Assembly: GCF_001194135.2 (NCBI RefSeq)
Contig: NC_068984.1
Location: forward strand, 89,316,647-89,380,646
Length of the DNA: 64,000 nt
Origin: Octopus bimaculoides
Taxonomy: Eukaryota
Direction of reading: 5' to 3'
The notes beneath the pieces are model-generated. The model was given only the letters and a program-made list of their open reading frames with translations, had not been told where the DNA came from and did not search any database. Position 1 is the first letter of the stretch, and each line of letters starts with the position of its first letter. A program made the position numbers and the translations under genes. Of the stretch, positions 53,652-64,000 are shown in pieces.

Positions 53652-54704
53652 AAATTTTGATCATTATTGGATTTAACTCACTTTCATACTATTTAAAAAA
53701 AATTTCAGCCTTAAGATGGGAGTTATTGTTGACTATTTGGATAATATCAGTTGATCGTAGTCATTCAGCTAGCTATTTTACAAGGGTAAAACCGTAGGTG
53801 TATGATTTGCATGCAGAACACTCTCTTGAAGTTTTATCCCTCAGCAATTTCGTATACTATGTATTTAATTGAATCAGTTAAGTACATAACTTCATTTTTT
53901 ATAATTCAGACAAGAGAAAGGTAAAAGTTAATCCTGGTAGAATTTAATCTCAAAATATTAAGATAGCGAATTGTTTTCAGTACGCAGGTATTGCAGACTT
54001 TAACTGTTTCTAAGCGTGACAGTTTAGAATTATATAATTTGGTAATTATTCAGTTAAGGGATATTAAAAAAGTAAACAAAAATTAAGGGGGAGATGACTA
54101 TTAAAGGGACGTAAATATGTCAACTTACTGTTTGTAATAAGGTGACATGGCGAATGAGAATTTTCGCATGTGTATAAATTCATAATTAGTTGATGCCGTA
54201 CCAACCACTGATAAACTTTGTCTTGTGATTCAGCTAATTGGGTTGGGGGTGATATTCCAAAATTCCTCCAAGATTGATTGAGGTTGAGAATTTCAATTTC
54301 GGAAGCAATAAATTGCGGTCCTGCTGGTCAGCCATGTGCCATTCTAATCAATTTCAAAGTAAATAATATCCAGTATTTATGTCGAGCAGTAAGTTGACTT
54401 ATTTATGTCCCTTTACTAGTTATCTCCCTCTTAATTTTATTTACTTTTTTAATATCTCTAAACTGAACAATTACCTATATTTTTATTAGTCAATGCTTAT
54501 GCAAGGTTTAGTATTATGATAATTTGACAGAAAAGAAATATGCCTGTATGTGTTTGCAGCGAAATTATCTGCTGAAAGATAATAATAATAATAAACTACA
54601 TATAATAGATAATTTTTTCTTTCTATGTAATACCAGCAATGCAAATCCTTAACATTTAATTCAAATTGTTAAAAGTTCATTCCGCCAAACGTTATGATGT
54701 ACAG

Positions 54705-54830
54705 CAGCGGTTCTCAATCGGTCCATATGGCCCCGAGGTCCATATACGATTTTGGGGGTCCACACAATAAAATAATAAATTGGGGATCCACAACAGCATT
54801 ATAAGGGTCCCTGAAAAATTTTTGCTTTAG
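54705..54830. mobile_element. hAT (Charlie-like) MITE left end, interrupted by an RTE 3' fragment
   Basis: Begins CAGCGGTTCTCAA and contains GGGGTCC subterminal motifs. Confidence 0.55.
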
Positions 54831-55560
54831 AGGCAATGACAGGAGACTGAGACCTTTGGAGATATGCTGTGATTGAGAAGACCCAGCAACTAAAGTGAGA
54901 TTGCAGCCACACATGTCTGGCCCAGTTAAGAGTACCCCTGATGCATCGGGCGATATGATATGCTTGAGAAGTCCTGTTGAGTCAAGTAAAACCAATATCG
55001 TAGCTGTGGCCAGTGCCCCCTGACTGGTTCCTGTGCTGGTGGCATGTAAAAAGCACCATCCGAATGTGGTCGATGCCAGTACCCACTGACTGGCTCCCGT
55101 GCTGGTGGCACGTAAAAAGCAGTATCTGAATATGATCGACACCAGGACTGCCTGACTGGCCTCCGTGCCTGTGGCATGTAAAAAGCACCATCCGAACGTG
55201 GCCGATGCCAGTACCCACTGACTACCCCTGTGCCGGTGGCACGTAAAAAGCACCATCCGAACGTGATCGACGCCAGGCCCGCCTGACTGGCTCCTGTGCT
55301 GGTGGCACATAAAAAGCACCATCCGAACGTGATCGACGCCAGTCCCGCCTGACTGGCTCCTGTACTGGTGGCATGTAAAAAGCACCCACTGCACTCTTGG
55401 AGTGGTTGGCATTAGGAAGGGCATCCAGCTGTAGAAATATTGCCAGATCAGACTGGAGCCTGGTGCACCCGCTGGCTCTCCAGACCTCAGTCAAACCGTC
55501 CAACCTGCCAGCATAGAAAATGGATGTTAAACGATGATGATTATTATGATGATGATGATG
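54830..55560 (+). mobile_element. RTE-type LINE 3' end with tandem-repeat-bearing 3' UTR and (GAT)n tail
   Basis: The ORF end reads DLWRYAVIEKT. The tail is gatgatt...gatgatgatgatg. Homologous copies lie at about 7140-7480 (-), 13180-13400 (-), 24720-25020 (-), 25790-26235 (+) and 27290-27430 (-). Confidence 0.7.
55009..55385 (+). repeat. About 66-bp minisatellite, about 5.7 units
   Basis: Unit GCCAGTxCCxxCTGACTGGCTCCTGTGCTGGTGGCAYGTAAAAAGCACCATCCGAACGTGATCGAC starts near 55009, 55075, 55141, 55207, 55272 and 55338. Confidence 0.9.
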
Positions 55561-56360
55561 TATGTACTGGTATGTATTGCAAGAAACAGCTAGATCTCTT
55601 TCTTTAACATTTTACATAGTTCAACCTACACAAGTTAATGTTTGAAAACAGCATAGGAATTTTGAAAGAAGCTTCTATAAAACTAGTTTTTAAATCTTTT
55701 ATTTAGCCTGACCTAATTTAGTGAGTAAAAAATATAATACAGAACCTAAATTCAATTCTTCCTCCTTTCATTTGGTACCATCGGTACTACTTTGGTGTGT
55801 AATCTACAATTTAAAGGGAGATTACTTTAGGCTATTTTTTAGTTTACTTTGTGTTAGTGCTACTATCTGTGTGATCTACATAAGCAAATTTACTCTGGTA
55901 GGTGATCTACACGCTTATTTTAATTATTATATGGCTTTCTTATTATCAAAATTGTCAGAATTTTGGAGAAAAATACATTTACAATGCTAAGTATGTACAA
56001 AATAATTTAAAAAGTAACCTAAAGCAATCTCCCTTGTAGATCACACACCAAAGTAGCACCAAAACATCTCATGCGAGTGTTACACAACTTTCACTATTTC
56101 TACTGGTTAACACAGATAGGGAGATTCTTTTACCCCCTCTCTCTCACTTTCATCTTTTCTCCAAGTAGTCAACAAAAGATGAACATAACTACCTAAAGAA
56201 GAGACAGAAGGATTGCAGATAATCTGTGAACAACAACAGCACGAAAAAGTTGTATCTTACATAGTAACAACAAAAGAAAGGCCATTTTCATTAATATTCT
56301 TCTCCTGTCATTCTTTGCTCCATATTATCGTTATGCATACATACATACATACATACATAC

Positions 56361-56910
56361 TGCAATAAAATGTAAACATAATAGACCTGACATAGTAATT
56401 TGGGATAGAGAAGGGAAACTATGTACAATTGTGGAAATCAGCTGCCCAGCAGATGTTAACATAAAGCTAAAGATCAGCGAAAAAGAAAACATGCACGTTG
56501 AACTACTACTACTCTGTCCAGATTACAGGTTCAGGTTTATACCTGTAATTCTTGGGGTACTGGGATATGTAACACACTGCCTAAATACCAGTCTTGAGAA
56601 ATTAAGTTTTTCAAAGTCAGAAAGAAGAAAGCTGATTCGAAGATTACAAATCCAAGCCATCACTGGAACTGTAAAAATCTGTAAAACTTTCCAGAAGTCT
56701 ATCATTTAAGTATACATGATCATGTCTAGACATGCAACTTTATGAATGAGAATACATACATAAAACAAAACATGCAAATCTGCACATATACATACAAAAC
56801 TACCCTGTTGATGTTGTTGAAGTTCCAATGAAGGAGCCTTGTATCTAGGTTAGAACCTGGCTCTATCTCTGTTGGTAAGAAGTCTTGAAATAAAACTTTA
56901 CAATGACATG
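56361..56910 (+). mobile_element. 5'-truncated R4/Dong-like non-LTR element (restriction-like endonuclease domain and 3' UTR)
   Basis: HNRPDIVIWDREGKLCTIVEISCP...FIPVILGVLG is the REL PD-(D/E)xK signature. Stop at 56709. (CATA)n lies on both sides. Confidence 0.8.
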
Positions 56911-56911
56911 A

Positions 56912-56944
<33 letters not shown>

Positions 56945-57280
56945 CTTATATATAAGTGGCAATTTCTATCTGTCGATCTGTTTGTTACCTTCTTGCTGCC
57001 TACACCAGTGAACTAATCTCGACAAAATTTTGCAAACATGTTAAACTAACATCCAGTTCAATTATAGGCTAATTGGATTCCAACAAAAATCTATAATGAG
57101 CTCCTTAGTCGGGTTGGGCTATTTTTTCATAAAATGAGAAATGTAGTGGCATAGTGAGTGTGGTTGATATCAGAGAAGAGGAGAACAGTATTGTGTAAGC
57201 GACAAATATGGAGTGGGAGTAGGATGATAAACGTTAATATAACTGTCATTCACGGATATACATGCAACGCTGCATACATA
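56945..57280 (+). mobile_element. Non-autonomous Helitron/Helentron-like fragment
   Basis: TC-TTATATATAAG start and a degenerate CACGG..GCAACGC 3' hairpin remnant. A similar start, TCTATATTATAAAAG followed by (CTGT)n, is at about 45850. Confidence 0.4.
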
Positions 57281-57608
57281 CTTTTATAAATACATAGATA
57301 CACACACACACACACATACTACACACACATGCACATAACTAACTTTTAAAATGCTGGAGAAAGGAAAGAAAGGTGGGTGTGAGGAATACATAACTTTAAG
57401 GAGAGAGGGGATTGGTGGCTTTTCTGCTGTCTATCACAAAGAAACACTCAAACACACACACACATATATACATATATACAAACATACATACATACATGCA
57501 TACATGCATACATACATACATACATACATACATACGTATATATGTGTACTACACACCTTTTTTAAACTTGTGATTACCTGTGTGTACGTTTGTAAGTGTA
57601 TGCGTGTG

Positions 57609-57640
<32 letters not shown>

Positions 57641-58193
57641 CACGCATGTGTGACATCCTATAACTGACTGTCTCGCTACTTTTGTAGGGTCTTCTTTGTT
57701 GCTGTTACATATTGTGAAATTTTAAAATTACGTCAAAAGTTTCAAATTTGGTATATTGAAATAATTCTCCGCGTTAAATCTAATTTTGTTATTAATTTGT
57801 TCCAAGAAAAATTGCAGAAAAATGTTACTGAGCTTTAAAGTTTAACCAATTTTACCTAATCAGAAAACAGGATTTTAGAAGTTGGCNNNNNNNNNNNNNN
57901 NNNNNNNNNNNNNNNNNNNNNNNNNNNNNNNNNNNNNNNNNNNNNNNNNNNNNNNNNNNNNNNNNNNNNNNNNNNNNNNNNNNNNNNNNNNNNNNNNNNN
58001 NNNNNNNNNNNNNNNNNNNNNNNNNNNNNNNNNNNNNNNNNNNNNNNNNNNNNNNNNNNNNNNNNNNTCAATGAATTTTTTCTTGCTAAAAATTGCACAA
58101 ATCTGTCCTGATCAAGAGACCTATCTGTCGGAGAAGGTATGGTCTGACATGGAATAAACAAAAATTTATGTAAGACATTCTGTTGTAAAAATT

Positions 58194-58222
58194 GCCCGGC
58201 AACGATGGGTTATTCAGTTAGT
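58194..58222 (+). mobile_element. Helitron-like 3' terminus
   Basis: GCCCGGCAACGATGGGT hairpin followed about 10 nt later by TTAG-T (CTAG-like). Confidence 0.5.
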
Positions 58223-60490
58223 ACATACATACATACATACATACATACATACATACATACATACATACATACATACATACAACGGAATTCTTTCAGTTTC
58301 TGTCTGCAATATCCACTCACAAGGGTTTGTTGGCGTGGAGGCGAAATTTTTTTTCCTGTTTTCTGACTGGGTGAAAATGACCAAACTTTAAACCTTTATA
58401 ACTTTTTAAAAAGCATTTACCTGGGAAAAATGAAATAACTCCAGCAATTCAGTTTGGGTTAGTGTATTCTTGGGCTAACATTTAACTAACTAGTGGACAT
58501 TGAAGGATCAACACCAAAATGAAAAAAATATTATTTACATATATTTATTCGTTTGCCCGGACAAACGAATAAATATATGTAAATAAATATATGTAAATAT
58601 ATGTTAGAGAGACAGTAGTACTTGTTTTTTGATAGTGACAAAAAGGTTGCTGTCTGCCAGTAGAGAAGGAAAGAGTAAGGAATGCATGGTGCTGACTAGA
58701 AAAGAAGAAAAGATAAAGGTGGCTCTGCTCTAATTGGCTGTATGCAAATGAGTTCATTACTAGGATCATGGGGAAAAAAATTTTGCAGCCCAGAGCTTTA
58801 GTGGAAGATACTTGTTTAAGGTTCCATGCATTGGGAATGAACCCAGAGCCATGTTTAGGAAGAACATTTTTTTACCACACAACTACACTAGCACCTCTCT
58901 CTCTTTCTCTTCTCTCTCTGCACATACGTACGTATGCACGCACACACACACACACACACACACAATGCTCTTGAATTAAAAGTTCGCACAGGGTCTGAAT
59001 GCAAAAATGAGATGCTGCAACCTTTATATTCCATTCAACTTGATATTTTCGAGCAAGTGGAAAGAGGCACGATAGGTTGCTGTCGTGAAATCGAAGTGAG
59101 GCTAAAATGAGAATGAGAAAGCTTTACATTCCGGCTATAAAGCCAAAATATTAGAATATTGGTTTCACATTGGTTAATAATGACAGGTGAACATGTTGAA
59201 CGACTAAAACAATACCTGTCGCATGAGTGTTGTTTTGCTACATATTTGAAATCTGTCAGAGGGTAATGGAATAGTAGAAAATAATATCGTGCAGCACTAC
59301 CAAATAATATTTAGTTTTTTCTTATATTTGCTTTAAATTTCACTGACTTTGCTATTAGTTATTCTAGGACTGACTAAATAAGCACTATACAATATTGTAG
59401 TCATGTTAATCGACTATAATCCTTCCCCTGAAAATTGTGGTCATGTGACAATGTAAGAGATTATGGAGTAATAATTACAATATATCTTAAATACGTAGTA
59501 CTATTTAGAGACTAAACTCGATGCTTGCTGATATACAAACATGGGTAAGAAGTAATGTCCCTCTAATTTTAGTTCAGAGTATACAAAACTCTTATGTGGT
59601 GTACATTTTTCACGTGACAAAAATGTGTACAAACAATACACGGTAAGTATAATTATTAGTTATCACTTTTTTTTTTTAGCTAACTGATCTTTTGTGCACG
59701 CATTAATTTCTTGTGTACTCAAATTTCGTGTATGCACGCGAACACATAGCTTAAAGGGAGACTCATAGATATAATAGGAGTTGTCTCCCTTAGCATGTGT
59801 GTTTTGCAACAAAATAGATTTTTCAAAGAGTATAGTTAAAAGAAAATTGGGGCACAATAAAAGCAAGAAGTAGGTTACACTTTTCATATTTTTTTCTCTC
59901 TAATTTGTATCTTACACTAATTGATATAATATATATTTGGAAAATGGGGATCTGAACGGTAGAACAATTTGGCACCTTCCTTTCCCATTGTATTATGTAA
60001 AAGTGATTGATGGTGACACTATAGACAAATCAATGTGAATCAGCAGGAAAAACAACAAAAAACCTTTAAAAACAAAGCTATTGTTGCATGAAATCTTATT
60101 TCACTTTGCTTGTCATGAATACTTTCAGAAAAAGCTTGAGGATCACAAATCCATATACCCTGCTCTTAAAATATCTGGTTAAACAACTGTATAAGAAATC
60201 ATATTCTAAGAAGTTTATTCACAAAAGTAGGTATTGTTTAGGTATTGGTGTCATTTGTAACTCAGATGTGGTGAAAATTTTTCTTAATATAAGACGTGGA
60301 TGCTTCACAGGAGCTGCTGTTATTAAGCACAGATAATTTAAATATGTGTAAGAAGGAATGGTGTCCATGGTGATTGATAAATGATCATTGGTTGAGTGTT
60401 GATAGAAAATCAGAAATAATTGGTCCTCTCTTGACATGAAATAACACAGAAGCTAATGAGATGTGTTGTTAAGAAATTACTGTTAATAAT

Positions 60491-60867
60491 GGTTTCAAAT
60501 TTTGGCACAAGGCCAGTAAGTTTAAGGAAGGGAGCTAGTCAGTTATACCAACCCCAGTGCTCAATTGGTACTTATTTTATCGACTTTGAAAGGATGAATG
60601 GCGAAGTCAACCCTAGTGGCATTTGAAAATCAGAATGTAAAGACCAAATCATTATTAATATCAATGAATTATAAGGTGGTGAGCAGGCAAAATCATTACC
60701 ATGCTGGAAAAAATGCTTAGTGGCATTCCTTCTGACTTTACCAAGGTTGACTTTGCTTTTCATCCTTTCAGAGTCAATAAAATAAGTACCAGTTGAACAC
60801 TGGGGTTGATGTAATTAATTTACCCCTTCCCCGAATTTGCTGGCCTTGTGCCAACATTTGAAACCAG
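60491..60867. mobile_element. Inverted (head-to-head) pair of SINE family B copies
   Basis: 60491-60640 and 60674-60867 are diverged reverse complements of each other. Confidence 0.85.
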
Positions 60868-61269
60868 TATTAACAAACTAGTGCAGTGAAACATAATGTA
60901 AATACTAAGTACAACACCCTTGGTTTCATGAATTTCTAAGAGATTGTGGTTTATAGAGAAATGTAGAACAACACCTAAAATTCTGGAAACTATATTTATG
61001 GTAACTAAATGAATGAAATGCTAATGGCTGAGAGTATACTGAATGTTATTTAGAATATGTATGTATGTTTGTTTGTGTGAGTATGTATGTATGTATGTAT
61101 GTATGTATGTATGCATGTATGTATGCATGCATGCATGCATGTATGTATGTATGACTGTATATATATTATGTATGTATGTCTCTTCTAATTTTTAATTATT
61201 ATAAATCTTCCACTGAGGAGGGAGCCAGTTTCCAACAGAGATACAAGGCTCTATCTTTGGGATGTAGTT

Positions 61270-62155
61270 AACACAGGCAAATTCACATTCTTGGAGGTGT
61301 TCCACGAACCGGTCAGCCAAGTAGCGTCTTGCTTGACCGATGTATATAGAAGGACAGAGAAAGCAGGAGATGATGTTGCTAGAAGTGCAGGTGAAGGAGT
61401 CAGTGATATGATAGGGTCGATGATGGGTGCCAATGTCGGAGAGGTACGGGCAAGTGCGGTAGCTTGGGCGGGAGCAGGGGAACGAGCTAGGTTGAGAGGT
61501 TGGGTTAGGGAAAAAGCTGTGGACCAAGAGGTCTCGTAGGTTGTGGGTTCATTTGAAGGAGGGGAGGGGTCGGTTACGGGAGATGTGTGAAGTGGAAGTG
61601 TCGGACTGGAGTCGCTGGAAGGCTCGGAGCATGGTGCATTGGAGAGGTAGGGTGGTGGGGTGGTAGGTGAGGGGAAATATGAGATGGTTGACGGCAGTGC
61701 AGGTGCAGTGGAGATAGCAGATGCACAGTCCACGGAACATGCTCTGGCAAGGGCCTTGTGGATAGTGGTGAGGGGATATCCATGTAGGATGAAGTGGTGA
61801 GCCATGAGTTGAGACTGAGTCTCAAAGTCATGGTTGTCACTGCAGAGCCTGAGTAGACAGAGGAATTGGGAATATGGGATGGAGAGCTTGGTATGTTTAG
61901 GGTGGAAGGAGGAGAAATTGAGGTATGAGTGTAAGTCTGTGTGTTTGTAGTGGATGGAGGTGGTGACAGTGGAGTGATGAATGCTGACTAAAATGTCAAG
62001 AAAGGCGATTGAGGTGTCGGAAATAGTGCAGGAGAAGTGGAGGGCGGGATGGAAAGATTTGACAAAAGAGAGGAAAGAGTCTAGCTGTTCACAGGAGAGT
62101 GAGGTTGCACCAATACAGTCATCAATATAATGACTGTATAGTTCAGGAGTGGGAC
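61270..62155 (-). mobile_element. Penelope-like element fragment (RT C-terminus and GIY-YIG endonuclease)
   Basis: YIDD, FLDILV, HYKHTD, HPKHTKLSIPYSQF and CPSIYIGQARRYLADRFVEHL, with frameshifts. Confidence 0.85.
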
Positions 62156-63019
62156 CAATATATATATATGTATATATATAGGCACAGGCATGGCTGTGTG
62201 ATAAGAAGCTTTATATATATATATATGTATAATAATAATATTAGGGATAAAAATCCAAATTTACAGGTAAAAACTCAATTTAATTTAATTTATCAAAAAT
62301 TAAAATTAAATTAAGTTTCACAGTATATAATATATAAATATATAATTTAGAGAAAAGAACCACAGTTCCTGAACTCACCCATGAGAATCCACAGTCACAT
62401 ACAGAAAAAAATAAAAAAGTAAATACACTCAAAAGAACTATAATAAAATACAAAGTAATAATTATTAAAATAATAAAACGACTACACATGTTTCATAACC
62501 AAATTTTCAAATAGAAAATAAAACAAAATCAAATCGATTAAGATAAATCGATCGAAAATCAATTCTATTCAAAAATATAGCTAATCTTTAGGTCAAAATA
62601 CAAAATATACTATTAACATATCGAAGCTTTAGTTTAAAATAAAATTTAAACATTATACTATTAACTTAGCGTTTATTAGAATATTAACTAACAATAAATG
62701 AATTTATATAAAAATACTTCTTCTTATCATACACACGGGTCTGGTTGACTCCATTACCCTTCATAACCTTTATATAGGTATGTATGTATATATGGCAAAT
62801 GAAAGATGGGAGATGGAATACACGAAAATTTATTATTTATCATGACAATTGTTTCGACACATCTAGCATCGATTCCACTTCCATCTTTCATTTGCTGTGC
62901 TTTACCAGTAATCTACCAAGTGTAAACCATTCATTATATATATGTATATATATAGATGATGATGATGATGATATATATAGAGGTTTCAACCCTTAATGAA
63001 TCAAAGAAGATATACATAG

Positions 63020-63260
63020 GAAGTACGACTGACTTTACGACTAGCTATAGGGGCCATACAAATTAATTTATTAATCAAGAAACAAAAGACTCAACCGCAC
63101 TTGCTACGTACATTAATAAATTAAAAATGCGTAATAAAGAATTCAGTCTGGATTGGTCTATTATAACGGAAGCCACACCATACAATACAGACATCAGCAA
63201 TTGTAAATTATGCACAAAAGAATCGATCAATATACTCTGTACTGACAAAAAAAAATTTGC
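63020..63260 (+). mobile_element. Second Penelope-like GIY-YIG fragment
   Basis: YIGSTTDF...STALATYINKLK...WSII...CKLCTKE. Confidence 0.75.
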
Positions 63261-63526
63261 ATTACCGCTCTACATTCACAATGTGCATATTTTAATATCC
63301 TCATTGATTTTAATACGGACGTGCAACCGCACAAGTACATTTATGCATTTATATAGTTATATATTTTTATATCATGTATATATGAGTGCACCTATGTATT
63401 CTGTGAAGTATTCTGATGCTTTGAAATATATGGAGTGGATATGAACACTAACCTTTGAAATTTGTTCTCACTTTCTTGGCTTTATATATATATNNNNNNN
63501 NNNTGTTATAATTGCATACTTTATTC

Positions 63527-63862
63527 CTACATATGTTTCAAAGGATTACAACCTGTGTGATCCATAGTATGTGTATATGTATTTGTATGTATGTATGTAT
63601 GTATGTGCATACGTGTGTTTACGTATGTATACATGTATGTATATATATATGCGAATCTGTTTATTTGATTAGGTAATAGGCGTAGATGTATAGCTATGTG
63701 TATGTGCATGAATCTATTTCTATTTATAAATGTGTGTATATGTAGATGGATACATATGTGTATATGGGGACACGCACACATGTGTATATTTGTATATGCG
63801 TGGGTACGTATGTACATATGTATAAATGTGGACGTATGAGTGTGTATATATATGTATGTATG

Positions 63863-63910
<48 letters not shown>

Positions 63911-64000
63911 CATATGTATATACAAGTGCACATGTGTATGTATGTGTATATGCATATATATATATGTATATGTGTGTGTGTGTATCAGTATGCATGTATA
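63527..64000. repeat. Compound (TA)/(TG)/(TATG) microsatellite and low-complexity tract
   Basis: Directly visible. It accounts for the HTHT/YIYI-type ORFs. Confidence 0.9.

Noticed and set aside
55009-55385. CRISPR-like array
   Set aside because: Units are contiguous with no unique spacers, the context is eukaryotic, there are no cas genes, and the array is embedded in a LINE 3' UTR.
54714-55503. Long ORFs of 236, 93, 83 and 78 aa as protein genes
   Set aside because: They are translations of the 66-bp tandem repeat and LINE UTR, with no domain-like content.
58990-59130. Minus-strand exon candidates (PHFDFTTATYRASF... or SLRFHDSNL...)
   Set aside because: A plausible acceptor exists, but there is no good donor, no recognisable homology and no partner exons.
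61210-61265. Hammerhead at the Penelope end (CTGAGGA-GGGAGCC...GGCTCT)
   Set aside because: No GAAA box follows the putative stem II.
63527-63995. His/Thr/Tyr/Ile-rich ORFs (also 34798-35163, 57351-57653 and 52903-53331)
   Set aside because: Translations of CA/TA microsatellites and low-complexity tracts.

Overview
AT-rich, repeat-dense animal genomic DNA with five assembly gaps. The SINE, RTE and Penelope repeat content suggests an octopus genome (inference). Two convergent protein-coding genes are supported. The first is the 3' half of PCYT2 (ethanolamine-phosphate cytidylyltransferase) on +, six exons between 1154 and 17629. Its first visible exon follows what looks like a U12-type AT-AC intron. 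The second is a complete 4-exon gene on - (44140 to 29370, about 192 aa) resembling the FAM104/VCF p97-cofactor family. It has a 25-nt microexon and an NRF1 plus ETS-CRE promoter. The rest is mostly transposon debris: Tc1/mariner, hAT, piggyBac-like MITEs, Helitron ends, RTE, CR1, R4/Dong, Penelope, Gypsy, a probable solo LTR and three SINE families. The most unusual structure is a 345-bp element at 53307-53651, in which 31-bp TIRs and an 8-bp TSD enclose an almost pure (TTAGGG)n array.
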